Assembly (NCBI GenBank): GCA_002269645.1
Contig: NIVC01001789.1
Coordinates: 124,001 to 188,000 of the forward strand
Length of the DNA stretch: 64,000 bases
Origin: Macrostomum lignano
Taxonomy: Eukaryota
Direction: 5' to 3'
Shown: positions 12,871 to 25,988 of the stretch, piece after piece
Layout: each line of letters begins with the position of its first letter
Numbering within the stretch: the first letter of the stretch is position 1
Made by a program: the position numbers and the translations under genes
Notes under the pieces: generated by a model
What the model saw: only the letters and a program-made list of their open reading frames with translations
Database searches by the model: none
Told to the model about the DNA's origin: nothing

Positions 12871-15279
12871 TTGTCTCTGTTTTGGCGCCCTATTGGATTG
12901 TAGTTGTTTGGTATATAGCTTGTTCCCCTTAAAAAATTTCTGAATCATCCCTGTTTCGATTACACATAAATTTCTAGTGAATTGGCTTGAATTGGTTGAA
13001 GCTTATTCACAGATCTACATTGTAATTCAGGCTGTGCATGCACACGTACATGTACATGTACATGTATAAAGTTTTAAGATGTGAATTTTCCGATTGACTC
13101 TCTGAAATAATTGTCTGCGGCGGTGAGGCCACACATTTGACGCTAGCTTCACGCGTACATGTACAAAGTAGGATGCAGCTTTTCTCGAAACAGAATCCAA
13201 AGCCTCTAGAAAGTCATATGGACTGAAGACAATAATGCATGGATGCGAGGCGTTTCTTCTAGAAATCGACTCTGATCATCGAGATATAGCTATACACCCT
13301 TTATGGTGGTTGCCCTTGCCTTTTTGAAAAAATTAAAACGTTTCTTCACTGTCTAATTAAATAATTAAGAAATAAATGTTGGGCACAACGTGCTCTGCAT
13401 TTGCACCTGATGCAGCTACCAACAACGCGCTCTGATGGCCCGCGCTGGAACTCCGCCCCTAAGCGCTTACCCTGCGCTATGCGCTATGCAGCGCCGTCAG
13501 ATGAACACGGACGACCCTGCGTCCGTGGTGCGCCCGCCCCTCTGGCCCTTGATGGCCCAGCTGCTGCACCGGCCGAACGAGCAATTGCGCCCCGTCCAGC
13601 TAGGCACAAGCACACTGCCACTAACGGACTGCATGTGCCTCTCATCGCTTGAGCTGACCCCTCTCTGGCTACTGCTGCCTGGCCCCCTCCGCCTGTTCTG
13701 CGAGCGCGTGCGCGCAAGGGGCCTGCTCTCTGGATCCTAATATACAGAAAAGCGATCAGTTATACGAGTATACGAGCCGTATACATGTACGTGCATACAT
13801 GTAACAGTATAGTTTCTCGCATGCTGAAGTATAGAAATTTTCTCTGAGAAAGATAAAATCTTTTACGTATGAAACTTTACTTATAATTTGATAACTATGT
13901 CATGTATGGAATCACAGTGAGAGTGATACCATGCTTCTTTTTTATGAATTCTGGTTAATTAGGAATATTGCTGTGTCCAATCTACATGTACATGTATTTA
14001 GACTCTTCTCCAAGTAGAATCATTTTTATTTTTAGGGCTTTTTTATTTTGTTTTATTTTTTTTAAAAAATTGATGTAGTATTATCGCATAATACGGGTTG
14101 CACAGATCGTTAAAGTTCGGAAAATTTTATTTTAGAAGTGTAATTAACATTATTAATATTATTTTTATTTCGATTAAAACATTTGAACTAGAACAGCATT
14201 TTTTTGCCTGCTGTGGTCATGGTCACACATTTTGTTAAATTCGATTAAATTTTTTAAAAAGTTCGAATGCAACATTGAATGCAGAAATTTAACTAATCAT
14301 GCGCATGATCATGCGAATATTGCACAATCTCATGAGTAATGTCCAAAACTGCGCTAGAAAGATATCCGTCCGTGTATGAAATTTACGGGCCTTCTATTCT
14401 GTAACTAAATTTAATGAAATCGACAAAACATTTTTAATATTAATAACGATTAAAATTGCATGTGCCATAGATAAGTCCTTGTTAAAGTGTTTGAATTTAG
14501 TTATAAGTTATTATAATTATAACTTAGACTAGAGTTAAGGATCTAGGTCAGGTAGTATTTTTAAAAATCAACATGACATGACAACAAGGCTTAGATATAT
14601 GAGCATATTTGGCTATCTAAATATAGACTATATTTTATGCAAATAGGATAGGCCTAACTTGAACCTTGAATTTGCACTATCTAATAGGCCTACGATCCTA
14701 TATATACTAGTGTTCTCATGTTTTTGCCATTAGGCCATGGTATAAGCCTATTGTATTTACAGTATAAGGTAGCCTATGCATAATTAGGTTATTACTTTTT
14801 GCTGGCATCCCAGGATCTTGTGACATTATGGTTAGGGGCCTAGGCCTAATAGGGGCCTGGTTAATGTCAAGATTATTTTCTAGTCCATAAGTCCAAGGCC
14901 AAATAATAGATTTACTAAGCAATTATAAATCTAAGTAAGACAATTAATATCATTTTTAGAATACATTGGTCTAGGACTAGGATAGGCGGTAGGGTTATGA
15001 TCTCAATATTTGCTAGAATCTTAGTTGGTGCATGTCTAGCAGTCTAGGCTAAGGTGGCTATACACTAAGTAAGGTAGCTACAATACAGGCAATGTTCTAA
15101 ATTATGCCCAGCTTATGCAAACAGAAAAAACTTTAATTTTTTTTAAATTATTATTAGCAAGGCTTATTCTAGCTCCTATCCTAGGGTAGGCCCTATCCTA
15201 GGGTAAAACTTGTAAATTCTATAACTAGACTATAGGATAGGCCTAGTTAAACAATTATTGGCCTAATTATCAATAATAA

Positions 15280-16660
15280 TATTGGGAACAGGACATTTCG
15301 TCCAAAGGGTACGACATTTTGTCCAATGGGAATGACATTTTGTCCAAGTCCAATATACAAACTTTAGGCTAATCAATGCAAGTGTTTGGGTGTGGGTGCA
15401 TTTGAGTGTGTAGCAATGCATTGCAGTAGCATTGCAGTAAAACTTCGAGTATTTAAAATGGTACATATAGGCTTAGCAAGCCATTGCCATAATAATAATA
15501 GCTTATAAACTTCATAAAATATAGCATTGTATTAAAACTTCGAATAGTAAAATGGTACATATAAAATGCCATGTTAATGCAAATGTTAAGCAGGAAATGC
15601 ATCAGGTTTGACAAATTTTGACAAGTAAATATGGCTCATGGACTTCAGGAAGCTATCAAGGCTAATTTGTCCTTTTTTGAAAAGTTGCCTGAAAGTCCTT
15701 GTTCTTTTTCTAAAATTATACCCATGCATATATTGTACACTATACTGTAAGCTTCAACCTTAAGGCTTAGGCTTGGCTTATGTTCTGTTGTATCATCATT
15801 GATGAGTACAAAATAGCTGCTGATGGAGCTAGTGCGACTGCTGCCCCAATTCAACAAGGAGCTACTGATAGAGCTAGCACGACTGCGGCCTTAATTCAAC
15901 AAGGAGCTACTGACAAAGCTAGCACAACTGTAGTAGTAATTCAATATAGAGCTGCTGATGGAGCTAGTGCAACTGCAGCCCAATTGCTGCACTTATTGCA
16001 TGCCACAGCTTCTTGTCATCGCAGTATAGACTTTTTCCACCTGATGCACTCATTGTCCAACATTGTAATTGTAATTTTGGCTTAGTGTGTCAAAAGATAA
16101 CTTATGGAATTTATACTACATGTACAACATCCAAGCTAGACCAGCACTACCACTTCAATCATAACATGCACCAATAGTACAACAGCTGTAGAGGGGTTGA
16201 GTGGCGGAGCATAATAAATCCCCTTCTTGGCCAAATTTGGGTGTTTTCCAAGGCATATTTAGTTTGTACACTGCCTGACAACAAGAAAATCAGGGGAGAT
16301 GTATACCTAGTGGGCATTCTTGAATGGGCCTCGAAATGCTCAAAGCAACCCCAGCAAACTAACCAACTTTACATAACTGAATTGAACACTTGCTACCCAT
16401 TTTCTTTATACCCATTTTACTCCACTCTCAGATGTACATGAAACTACATGTACATATTTCAGCACTAGTCACAATGAACCCTTCACTGAATGCACCCTTT
16501 TAAACAATGAACACTTCAATTGATTAGACTAAAATTAACAAAATTTTCAAACAAAATGTTGTGCCCATGGGATGAAATGTTGTACCCTTTGGATGAAATT
16601 TTGTGCCCCAAAATTTTTGGACAAAGTGTCTTGGACAAATGTCCCTTGGATGAAATTTCA
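15280..16660. mobile_element. Decayed non-autonomous DNA transposon with inverted subterminal repeats
   Basis: acatttcgtccaaagggtacgacattttgtcc (~15292-15325) is matched in inverted form by ggatgaaatgttgtaccctttggatgaaattt (~16570-16600). Confidence 0.5.
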
Positions 16661-17238
16661 TAGGTCCATAGTATTGACTATTAGTTATTCATAAGCTAAG
16701 CATATCCAAAACTAGATAGTTTGGCAAATAAGATATGAACTCATAGAAGTTAAGATAAAACTAAGACTGTAGAGGAAGTGATAAAAGAGATCTTTTATTT
16801 CTATACCTTACTTTCTTTAGCCTTGCCTTGACTTCAAAGCAGTAAGAAATATGTTTGCCTTGTGACCACATTGGACTGTGGCTATGGTCACCTTGACCTT
16901 AGTCTATCACTTCTAGGCCTAAAGTCTAACTGATATCTCAATCTCAATTTTTTAATTTTGAGACAGCCTTTTTGAGAAATTCTCAAAATTTTAAGAATAG
17001 GCTTGGAATTCAAGAAGTTGAGCAAGATTTCATTTAATATAGAAAGTATAAAAATATTGTAAAAATGCAATGCCATATTAAGAATATCCTCAGCCTAATT
17101 ATCTGACAGCCAATAAGCCAATGTATATAAACTATAGTATAGCCTGCAGGCCCTTGGCAGTGACACCTTTGAGCTCTAGGCAAAAGGCTCTAGCTTTGCA
17201 TATGCTTGAATTAAATGCAGCCTTGAAATAGTTGTTAG

Positions 17239-17874
17239 TAGTGTTCCACCATAGCCATAGCTATGGCTATAGGATCCTATAGCAAATATAGTAAAATAGG
17301 TGCCTATGACAGCTATAGATATGCCTACAGCAGCTAGCTCCTCTTATAGCTACAACTACAGAAATATAGTAGTTGCTGTCACTTTCCATAGATTCCCATA
17401 TCCATAGTTATTAATTTAAAAAATTGAAAAAAATATTAGAAACAGGTAGAGTAAAGCAAATATACTTTAGTAAACTGTATTATTAACTTAAAAACTTATA
17501 GAATATACCTAATAAAGTACAATAAAAAACACTAGCAAACTCTAATTTTTATTAATGTGAAAAAGTTTAGCATTAGTACTTTCAGTAACGATTAAGTATT
17601 GTTGTTCTATAAAAAGACAAAATATAATTTTACAAAGGCAATCAAGTGTTTCTTTTATTTCCTAACTTAATTTGCAGATGTTTAAGCACCAAGTTATCTC
17701 CTTGATTTAAAATATTTTGTTTTCTAGACTTTTTGTTAAAACTATGGCTATGGCTATAGGAACTACGGGAATATTGGGGTCCTTATGGCTATGGAATATG
17801 GAGAATTGGAATAACCCATAGTTTTGCTCATGGCTATGGCTCGGTACATGGACCTTCCTTATTGTGGAACACTA
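17239..17874. mobile_element. Old hAT-type MITE
   Basis: 11-bp TIR tagtgttccac / gtggaacacta; 8-bp flanks gttgttag / attattag (two G>A changes); subterminal gctatg/catagc repeats. Confidence 0.7.
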
Positions 17875-18480
17875 ATTATTAGCTACTAGTACATTTATGC
17901 ATGCGAAACTGGACCCTACCACTGCCAATGCTAAGTGTCAGGTAGCAGTAGTTTGGGCATAGCCTGAGCAGGTTGAGTTAGGATTGCAGCTTAGTTAGAC
18001 AGCTAGCAGCAGACACCATAAAACTCTCTTAGCCAGCTTTGAAGTACTTTTTTCTGACAATGTGGTTGTATATATGGTTGACAATGTTGAGATTCCACCA
18101 GCACTTGGTGCCTTGCTAGTCTTAGGCTAATGTTTCTTATGGGGCCCTGAGCCACCAAGAACTAGGGGCTGCTACTGCTAGAGCAACGAGACTATGGCTG
18201 CTGAGTAATAAATAAAATATAATATAATATGACAAAGAAATATACTAATACCATAGGCTAAATTTTATGTATAACTTATCATAAGTATTAGAAAAATATT
18301 CTTTTTTACTCATTCTATACAAATTCACAATTGCAGCCTGATCTCCAATTTTCAATTGACTTATTCTTGATCTCAATTTGTAATAAAATTATTGCTTGAT
18401 TTTGCTTTAAAACACAAATCTGATCTTGGATATAGGAAATTTTAAGATAAGAGTCCCGTTGGATTTTGAGTTTTTAAAGT

Positions 18481-19633
18481 AGGCATGAAAGGTGAAGAGT
18501 TTTGCACCTTCTGCCTCACTTTCGCCTCTCTTATGCCTATTTTGTGCCACTTGTGCACCTTTTGTTCACCTGAGTGCCTCTGCAGGGGCGGAAGGTGAAT
18601 TTGAGGCACGAAATAGGCGGTAGGGGCACAGGTGTCGTTGGGGAGTTAGGTGCATAAAAGGTGCACAGTGTGCGTTGAGGCACAGAAGGTGAATAAAGTA
18701 GGAATTGGGGGCATTGGGGGGAGTGAAAAGTGAATAAAAGGTGCGCTGCTGTGGAAGTGCAGAAAAAGTGTACAGTGTGCACTGGAGGCACGAAAGGTGA
18801 ATAAAAGGTGCACAGTGGGCACTTTAGGCGTAGAGGCAATGCAAGGGGCGTTAAAGTTTCAACTGGCGAAGTTTTTTGCTACCTTTTCTCACTATTGGAA
18901 ACTTTTCCTCACTAATGCAAACCTTTTCATCACTTTTCGGAGCTTTTCCTGAGTATTTGAAAGTCATTAAAACTTATCAGTATAGGACATGTTTAGTTTC
19001 GTGGTTTGTCAGGAGTAGGAAGGGGATAGCAGCGATTAGTATAGGTGTAAATAAAGCTTTTCTATGTTCAATCTGTGCGTGCAATGTACGAGTATGTAAC
19101 TCTCAGTTAATTTTGTTACAAATTATTAATGCGTTAATTCGTGCATATGCATGAAAGGTGAGCGAGGTGCACAAAAGAGGCACTTTAGGGTCTCTTTCGA
19201 GCGTGTTTTGGAAATGCACCTGTATACATATTTACGCACATGTACACCTTATGCACCTCTAATTCACCTTTCGTGCCTGAAATGCACCTTAAATGCACCT
19301 TGAATGCACCTCTAATTCACCTTTCATGCGCTTTCTGCGCCCCTTCAGCACCTTTCCTGCACCTGCTGTGCCTCACTTGTGAGCCTACTCTTCACCTTTT
19401 GCGCACCTCCAGTGCCCCTTGTACACCTTTACTGCCCCTACCGCCGCAACCAATCAAAATTGAGAATTCACCTACTGCCTGACCACTTCACCGATTTTAC
19501 ACCTTTCATGCCTCTTTTCAAAAATATTGGTGACATTTAGGCATAAAAGGTGCACTCAGGTGCATTTCCAAAACACGCTCGAAATAGGCCACCAAAGTGC
19601 CTCTTTTGTGCACCTCGCTCACCTTTCATGCCT
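18481..19633. mobile_element. Cluster of foldback MITEs sharing an aggcatgaaaggtg terminus
   Basis: aggcatgaaaggtga at 18481 is inverted at 19619-19633; a long imperfect inverted repeat pairs ~19148-19222 with ~19557-19633; a further inverted end lies at ~19500-19513; many tgcacc/aaggtg repeats. Confidence 0.65.
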
Positions 19634-19893
19634 CTGCAGGTGCATAACTTTTCCAACGGGAGTATAATGATTGTTTGTCTTTCACGATTGAGCTTCAATA
19701 TGGCTATTTAAGACGGTTATTTAAATGTCTATTTATTAAAATATTAACCTTGCTTAATGCTTTGTTTAATGAAGTGTGCTTGTTTTGCCTACTAATAGTA
19801 GTGCCTTAAGGACAATGCTAAGTTGATAATGTCATGACACGCTTTGACACTAAAAACCCTGTCTATCAAAGTGCTTTATAATGATCAATTTTC

Positions 19894-22800
19894 ATGAACC
19901 AAACAATGCAAGCAACAGTGGAATCTGAGCAAGCAGGATGCGCTACTTCTTCCGGGTCTGATGAGCAGGATTGTCAAGACGACTATGATGACGACTTTGA
20001 CGATATTGACGATGCAGAGCTGGCTAGGATTAGCGGACTGGCTGACTCGTTAGACCGGCTCTGCGTCAGCGCTTCCAGCGGTCAGCAACCGCAGGCTAAG
20101 CTGCTCGATCAGCATCAGCGCCTGGTTGATCTCAGTGATCGATTTGTGAAACCCGATAGGAGAACTCGGGATAAAGCTGATCGGGCAACCACTGATAATT
20201 GCTTGGATCAGCGCAGTTTGCGGGTCATGTTTAAATTGCTGCAACAGGGTGTGCTGACCAATATTGAAGGCTGCATTAGCGCCGGCAAAGAGGCAAATGT
20301 TTACTATGCTATTAGTCCCGAGTATGGCCATCTGGCCATTAAGGTGCGACATAAGTCTTTTTGTATTGTCCTGTCTTTGACTACTTTGAGAATAAAAATC
20401 GCTTCTTGAGCCACTAAATTTCTATGAAAATCACAGCTTAGTAAGGCCTACTGGATAACCTATTTTACACTCGCCCCGAAGCGGTCCATGAGTATCGCCC
20501 CTAAACTCCAATGAGAATCGCCCCTAAACCCCAATGAGAATCGCCCCTAAACCCCAATGAGAATCGCCCCCTAAACTCCAATGAGAATCGCCCCCTAAAC
20601 CCCAATGAGAATCGCCCCCTAAACCCCAATGAGAATCGCCCCTAAACCCCAACGAGAATCGCCCCTAAACCCCAATGAGAATCGCCCCCTAAACCCCAAC
20701 GAGAATCGCCCCTAAACCCCAATGAGAATCGCCCCCTAAACTCCAATGAGAATCGCCCCCTAAACCCCAATGAGAATCGCCCCCTAAACCCCAATGAGAA
20801 TCGCCCCTAAACCCCAACGAGAATCGCCCCTAAACCCCAATGAGAATCGCCCCCTAAACTCCAATGAGAATCGCCCCCTAAACCCCAATGAGAATCGCCC
20901 CCTAAACCCCAATGAGAATCGCCCCTAAACCCCAATGAGAATCGCCCCTAAACCCCAATGAGAATCGCCCCTAAACCCCAATGAGAATCGCCCCCTAAAC
21001 CCCAATGAGAATCGCCCCTAAACCCCAATGAGAATCGCCCCCTAAACCCCAACGAGAATCGCCCCCTAAACCCCAACGAGAATCGCCCCCTAAACCCCAA
21101 TGCGAATCGCCCCCTAAACGCCAACGAGAATCGCCCCTAAACCCCAACGAGAATCGCCCCCTAAACCCCAATGAGAATCGCCCCTAAACGCCCCAAAATC
21201 TCATCCGTTCTCACGAATCAACTGCCGCAGGTGTACATGACGTCAGTAATGCCATTCAAAAATCGCGACAAGTACATGACAGGCGACCGCAGACTTCGTC
21301 ACGGTGTCGGCAAGCGCTCCTGGAAGAAAGTTAGCAAATGGGCCGAGAAAGAATTTCGCAATCTGCTTCGAGTTGCTCAAGCCGGCATACCGGCGCCAAA
21401 ACCGATCAAACTCAAGGGAGTTGTGCTGCTCATGACGCTTATTGGGGAGGAGGCTGACGCTGCGCCCAAGTTAAAGGATGTAGATAGCGATGATGCTGAG
21501 CTGTGGCACAGCCTGTATTGGCAGGTAAGCTCGTGTTTCAGATACAGACTGACTAGATTATCACACTGATAATGAAGGACTCTGATTAGATTAGCACACT
21601 GATAATGAAGGACTCTGACTAGATTAGCACACTGATAATGAAGGACTCCGACTAGATTAGCACACTGATAATGAAGGACTCTGACTAGATTAGCACACTG
21701 ATAATGAAGGACTCTGACTAGATTAGCACACTGATAATGAAGGACTCTGACTAGATTAGCACACTGATAATGAAGGACTCCGACTAGATTAGCACACTGA
21801 TAATAAAGGACTCTGAGAACACTGATAATTATCATTATAATGGATATTTAGATCATAAATTAGTTCAAGCCTGTTCAGTGATCCATTTAAACTCCTCAAT
21901 CCCATTGCCAGGTTGTGGGCAATCTGCGAACCCTTTACCAGCAGTGTCGCCTTGTACACGGGGACCTCAGCGAATACAATTTGTTATACAACGCTGGCCA
22001 AGTAATCTGGATTGACTTCTCCCAATCCGTTGAGCACGAGCATCCGCAGACTTTTGCCTTCCTTAGAGCGGATTGTCGCAATGTGAACGCATTTTTTAGT
22101 CGGAAACCGGTTCGAATTCTGTCCGATCAGGAACTATTCGAGTTTATCACCGATCCGACTATCACTGCGGAGAATTGTGAACGGTGCCTGGCAGCTCTGC
22201 AAGATGTTGCAAATGGGCGGGAACAGCCTCCTGATGTGGATGGGGCGTTTCAGGTGCGGGCTGTGCTGTGGAATATTCAATTATTTTCCATTGTCTATGG
22301 GTGAGATTCTACCCACCTTCCATTGTCTGTATGTGATATGCTACCCACCTTCCATTGTCTATGGGTGATATGCTACCCACTTTCCATTGTCTGTATGTGA
22401 TATGCTACCCATCCTCCATTGTCTATGGGTGATATTCTACCCACCTTCCATTGTCTGTATGTGATATGCTACCCACCTTCCATTGTCTATGGGTGATATG
22501 CTACCCACTTTCAATTGTCTGTATGTGATATGCTACCCACCTTCCATTGTCTATGGGTGATATGCTACCCACTTTCTATTGTCTGTATGTGATATGCTAC
22601 CCATCCTCCATTGTCTATGGGTGATATGCTACCCACTTTCCATTGTCTGTATGTGATATGCTACCCACCTTCCATTGTCTATGGGTGAGATGCTACCCAT
22701 CCTCCATTGTCTATGGGTGATATTCTACCCACCTTCCATTGTCTGTATGTGATATGCTACCCATCCTCCATTGTCTATGGGTGATATTCTACCCACCTTC

Positions 22801-24136
22801 CATTGTCTGTATGTGATATGCTACCCACCTTCCATTGTCTATGGGTGATATTCTACCCACCTTCCATTGTCTGTATGTGATATGCTACCCACCTTCCATT
22901 GTCTATGGGTGATATGCTACCCACTTTCAATTGTCTGTATGTGATATGCTACCCACCTTCCATTGTCTATGGGTGATATGCTACCCACTTTCCATTGTCT
23001 GTATGTGATATGCTACCCATCCTCCATTGTCTATGGGTGATATGCTACCCACTTTCCATTGTCTGTATGTGATATGCTACCCACCTTCCATTGTCTATGG
23101 GTGAGATGCTACCCATCCTCCATTGTCTATGGGTGATATTCTACCCACCTTCCATTGTCTGTATGTGATATGCTACCCATCCTCCATTGTCTATGGGTGA
23201 TATGCTACCCATCCGCCATTGTCTATGGGCGAGATGCTACCCACCTTCCATTGTCTATGGGTGAGATGCTACCCATCCTCCATCCTAATACTAAAACCGT
23301 CTGTATGTCTTCTCATTCCTGTTGAAAACGTTACAGCGAGAATAATCACTAGAGTCCTTGCAAGCAACTCACTAGTTGACTCTAGCGACTTTTTTAACGA
23401 CTCAAATGACTGCAGTCGTTTGATTCTTAGGCGACTTTTTGGCGACTTGTACCGGGACATCTCGTCGTTTTAGAGTCGTCTAGAGTCACTTCTTTCCTAT
23501 TTTACACGTGTTACCTGAGACCGAGACGTTTCTTGGCCTAGGCTACACCGTTTTCACTAGGATTGTCTATTGGTGAGATGCTACCCATCTTTCGGCAGGT
23601 TATTCACAATAAACACAAATTTACTGATTCAACCGCCAGTCTGCATCATCTGTCCCAATCTCCAGGGAGTGCACATACCCCGCCGCCTCGAAGAGGTGCT
23701 GCACTACGAGCGAAACGCACTGCTATTGCGCCAGGGCAAGCTGACCCAGCACGACCTGCTATTCGCCACCGTATCCGGTATGAGTCACGATTTAAAAGGA
23801 CCAAAACGCACGGCTGGCTTACTGAGCGACTCGGGCAATGGCGATGCTAATGATGAGTCTGTGGTTCGGTCTGAGAACAATCCGCCAGCTGATGATGAAG
23901 CTGAACATGCGACAGCGTCGGAGTCTGGATCGTCTGTCACATCATCGGCCGATGAAGCTGAGGAGGACAATGGCGCAAATCGACCGTCTGGTCAGCAGCA
24001 GAAGCGGCCGCCCAATGAGACCACCGAGGAGAGGAAAGCTCGCAAGCAGGCGTTGAAAGCTGAGAGGCGCGAGAAGCAGAAGAGCAAAGTGCCGAAGCAC
24101 GAGAAGAAAAGGCAGACTAAGGCTAAGAAAAAATAG
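19894..24136 (+). CDS. RIOK1: Serine/threonine kinase RIO1. Exons 19894..20343, 21231..21524, 21912..22253, 23666..24136 (about 518 aa)
   Basis: DKADRAT...LDQRS, ISAGKEANVY, AIK|VYMTS..FKNRDKY, WAEKEFRNL, LVHGDLSEYN, IDFSQSVEHEHP, FLRADCRNV, HIPRRLEEV and a C-terminal K-rich tail KVPKHEKKR; all introns GT-AG, phase 0. Confidence 0.95.
20490..21196. repeat. 24-25 nt minisatellite gagaatcgcccc(c)taaaccccaat, RIOK1 intron 1
   Basis: About 28 tandem units. Confidence 0.95.
21547..21828. repeat. 33-nt minisatellite gactagattagcacactgataatgaaggactct, RIOK1 intron 2
   Basis: About 8 tandem units. Confidence 0.95.
22275..23283. repeat. 32-nt minisatellite ccattgtctatgggtgatatgctacccacctt with two largely alternating variants, RIOK1 intron 3
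   Basis: About 31 units; ctgtatgtga and ctatgggtga variants mostly alternate. Confidence 0.95.
23284..23561. mobile_element. Short MITE (CC...GG ends, 2-bp AT TSD) inserted into the last minisatellite unit
   Basis: The host unit catcctcc-at-tgtctat is split, with at duplicated at 23282-23283 and 23562-23563; ends are ccta / tagg; the body matches both ends of the 27538-28542 element. Confidence 0.75.
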
Positions 24137-24204
24137 GGCTAACAATGTTCTTTTGGGGGCTTGTTGCTTTTTTACATTAACGTAAGCTGTGCGACTTGGT
24201 CAAT

Positions 24205-24935
24205 TCCTCAGTTGCTGGGCCACGGCCAGCCTCCCTGATCCTCAGATGCTGGGCCACGGCCAGCCTCCCTGATCCTCAGTTGCTGAGCCATCCTCCCACT
24301 CCCAGAGTGTCAGTTGCTGGGCCAACCTCCCAGAGTGTCAATTGCTGGGACAACCTCCCAGATCCTCAGTTGCTGAGCCAGCCTCCCAGATCCTCAGTTG
24401 CTGAGCCAGCCTCCCAGATCCCCAGTTGCTGTCCCGGCTTCCCAGATCCCCAGTTGCTGTCCCAGCCTCCCAGATCCTCAGTTGCTGGGCCAGCCTCCCA
24501 GATCCCCAGTTGCTGGGCCAGCCTCCCAGATCCTCAGTTGCTGTCCCAGCCTCCCAGATCATCAGTTGCTGGGCCAGCCTCCCAGATCCTCAGTTGCTGG
24601 GCCAGCCTCCCAGATCCTCAGTTGCTGGGCCAGCCTCCCAGATCCTCAGTTGCTGGGCCAGCCTCCCAGATCCTCAGTTGCTGTCCCAGCCTCCCAGATC
24701 CTCAGTTGCTGGGCCAGTCTCCCAGATCCTCAGTTTCTGGGCCAGCCTCCCAGATCCTCAGTTGCTGGGCCAGCCTCCCAGATCCCCAGTTGCTGTCCCG
24801 GCTTCCCTGATTCCCAGTTTCTGGGCCAGTCTCCCAGATCCTCAGTTTCTGGGCCAGTCTCCCAGATCCTCAGTTTCTGGGCCAGTCTCCCAGATCCCCA
24901 GTTGCTGTCCCGGCTTCCCTGATCCCCAGTTGCTG
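24205..24935. repeat. 28-nt minisatellite cctcagttgctgggccagcctcccagat, downstream of RIOK1
   Basis: About 25 units; the same unit occurs at 47280-48228. Confidence 0.95.
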
Positions 24936-25329
24936 GCTACAGTACAGCTCATTTTCCAGGTAGCGAAGCACCGTTAGGAGCTGGATAATAGATTCACTTT
25001 GAGAGTAGAATATAGATTTAAGCGACGTAACTGGAAATGTGTCTACCTTCCTGTGTATATAGGAATCTACAACATTTTTCGCATATTATTGATAACCTGC
25101 ATTGAGTACGCTTATTGTAACTAGCCAGTCGTTGTATTTCTATTTGTCTGTCTTCTTAGATCTGTTTGGCTAAAATATACGCTGGTTTGTTTGTTGCTCG
25201 TTGAGTCATTAGCAGCCTGTATTGTTAGTTTAGAGTGATAAATTCTTGACCTACGAGTTTGAGTTTCCTTTTTGAATTTTACTCTGCTTTAGTTTATTCT
25301 CTTGTACTTTAAAAGCGTGTTTTATAGTC

Positions 25330-25862
25330 GAAGTTCCCACCCAATCCTGTCACTACCCTTTTCCCATCCCAATCCTGTCACAGTGTACCTTTTTCCCACC
25401 CCAATCCCGTCACAATACCCATTTCCCACCCAATCGTCTATCCCAGTACCCATTTCCCATCCAATCTTGTCACAGTACCCATTTCCCATCCAATCTTGTC
25501 ACAGTACCCATTTCCCACCCCATCCTCTATCCCAGTACCCATTTCCCACCCCATCCTCTATCCCAGTACCCATTTCCCACCCATCCTCTATCCCAGTACC
25601 CATTTCCCACCCCATCCTCTATCCCAGTACCCATTTCCCACCCCATCCTCTATCCCAGTACCCATTTCCCACCCATCCTCTATCCCAGTACCCATTTCCC
25701 ACCCCATCCTCTATCCCAGTACCCATTTCCCACCCCATCCTCTATCCCAGTACCCATTTCCCACCCATCCTCTATCCCAGTACCCATTTCCCACCCCATT
25801 CTCTATCCCAGTACCCGTTTCCCACCCAATTCTCTATCCCAGTACCCATTTACCACCCTAAT
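25330..25862. repeat. 28-29 nt C-rich minisatellite cccatcctctatcccagtacccatttccca upstream of ASCC3
   Basis: Tandem units seen directly. Confidence 0.9.
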
Positions 25863-25988
25863 CGTCTGTCAGAGTACCTATTTCCTACAAATCTATGTCT
25901 CTAGCCCAACATTTTTTTGGTTTTCTCTTAACAAATGGGTTTCGAGAAACTCAGGCTTTACAATCACAATTTGCTGCTAATTAGCAGC

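Noticed and set aside
25935-25988. ORF-track start of ASCC3 at 25935
   Set aside because: The ATG at 25989 places LPRFTTALR at the N-terminus as in orthologs, so the upstream 18 codons are probably UTR. This is not excluded.
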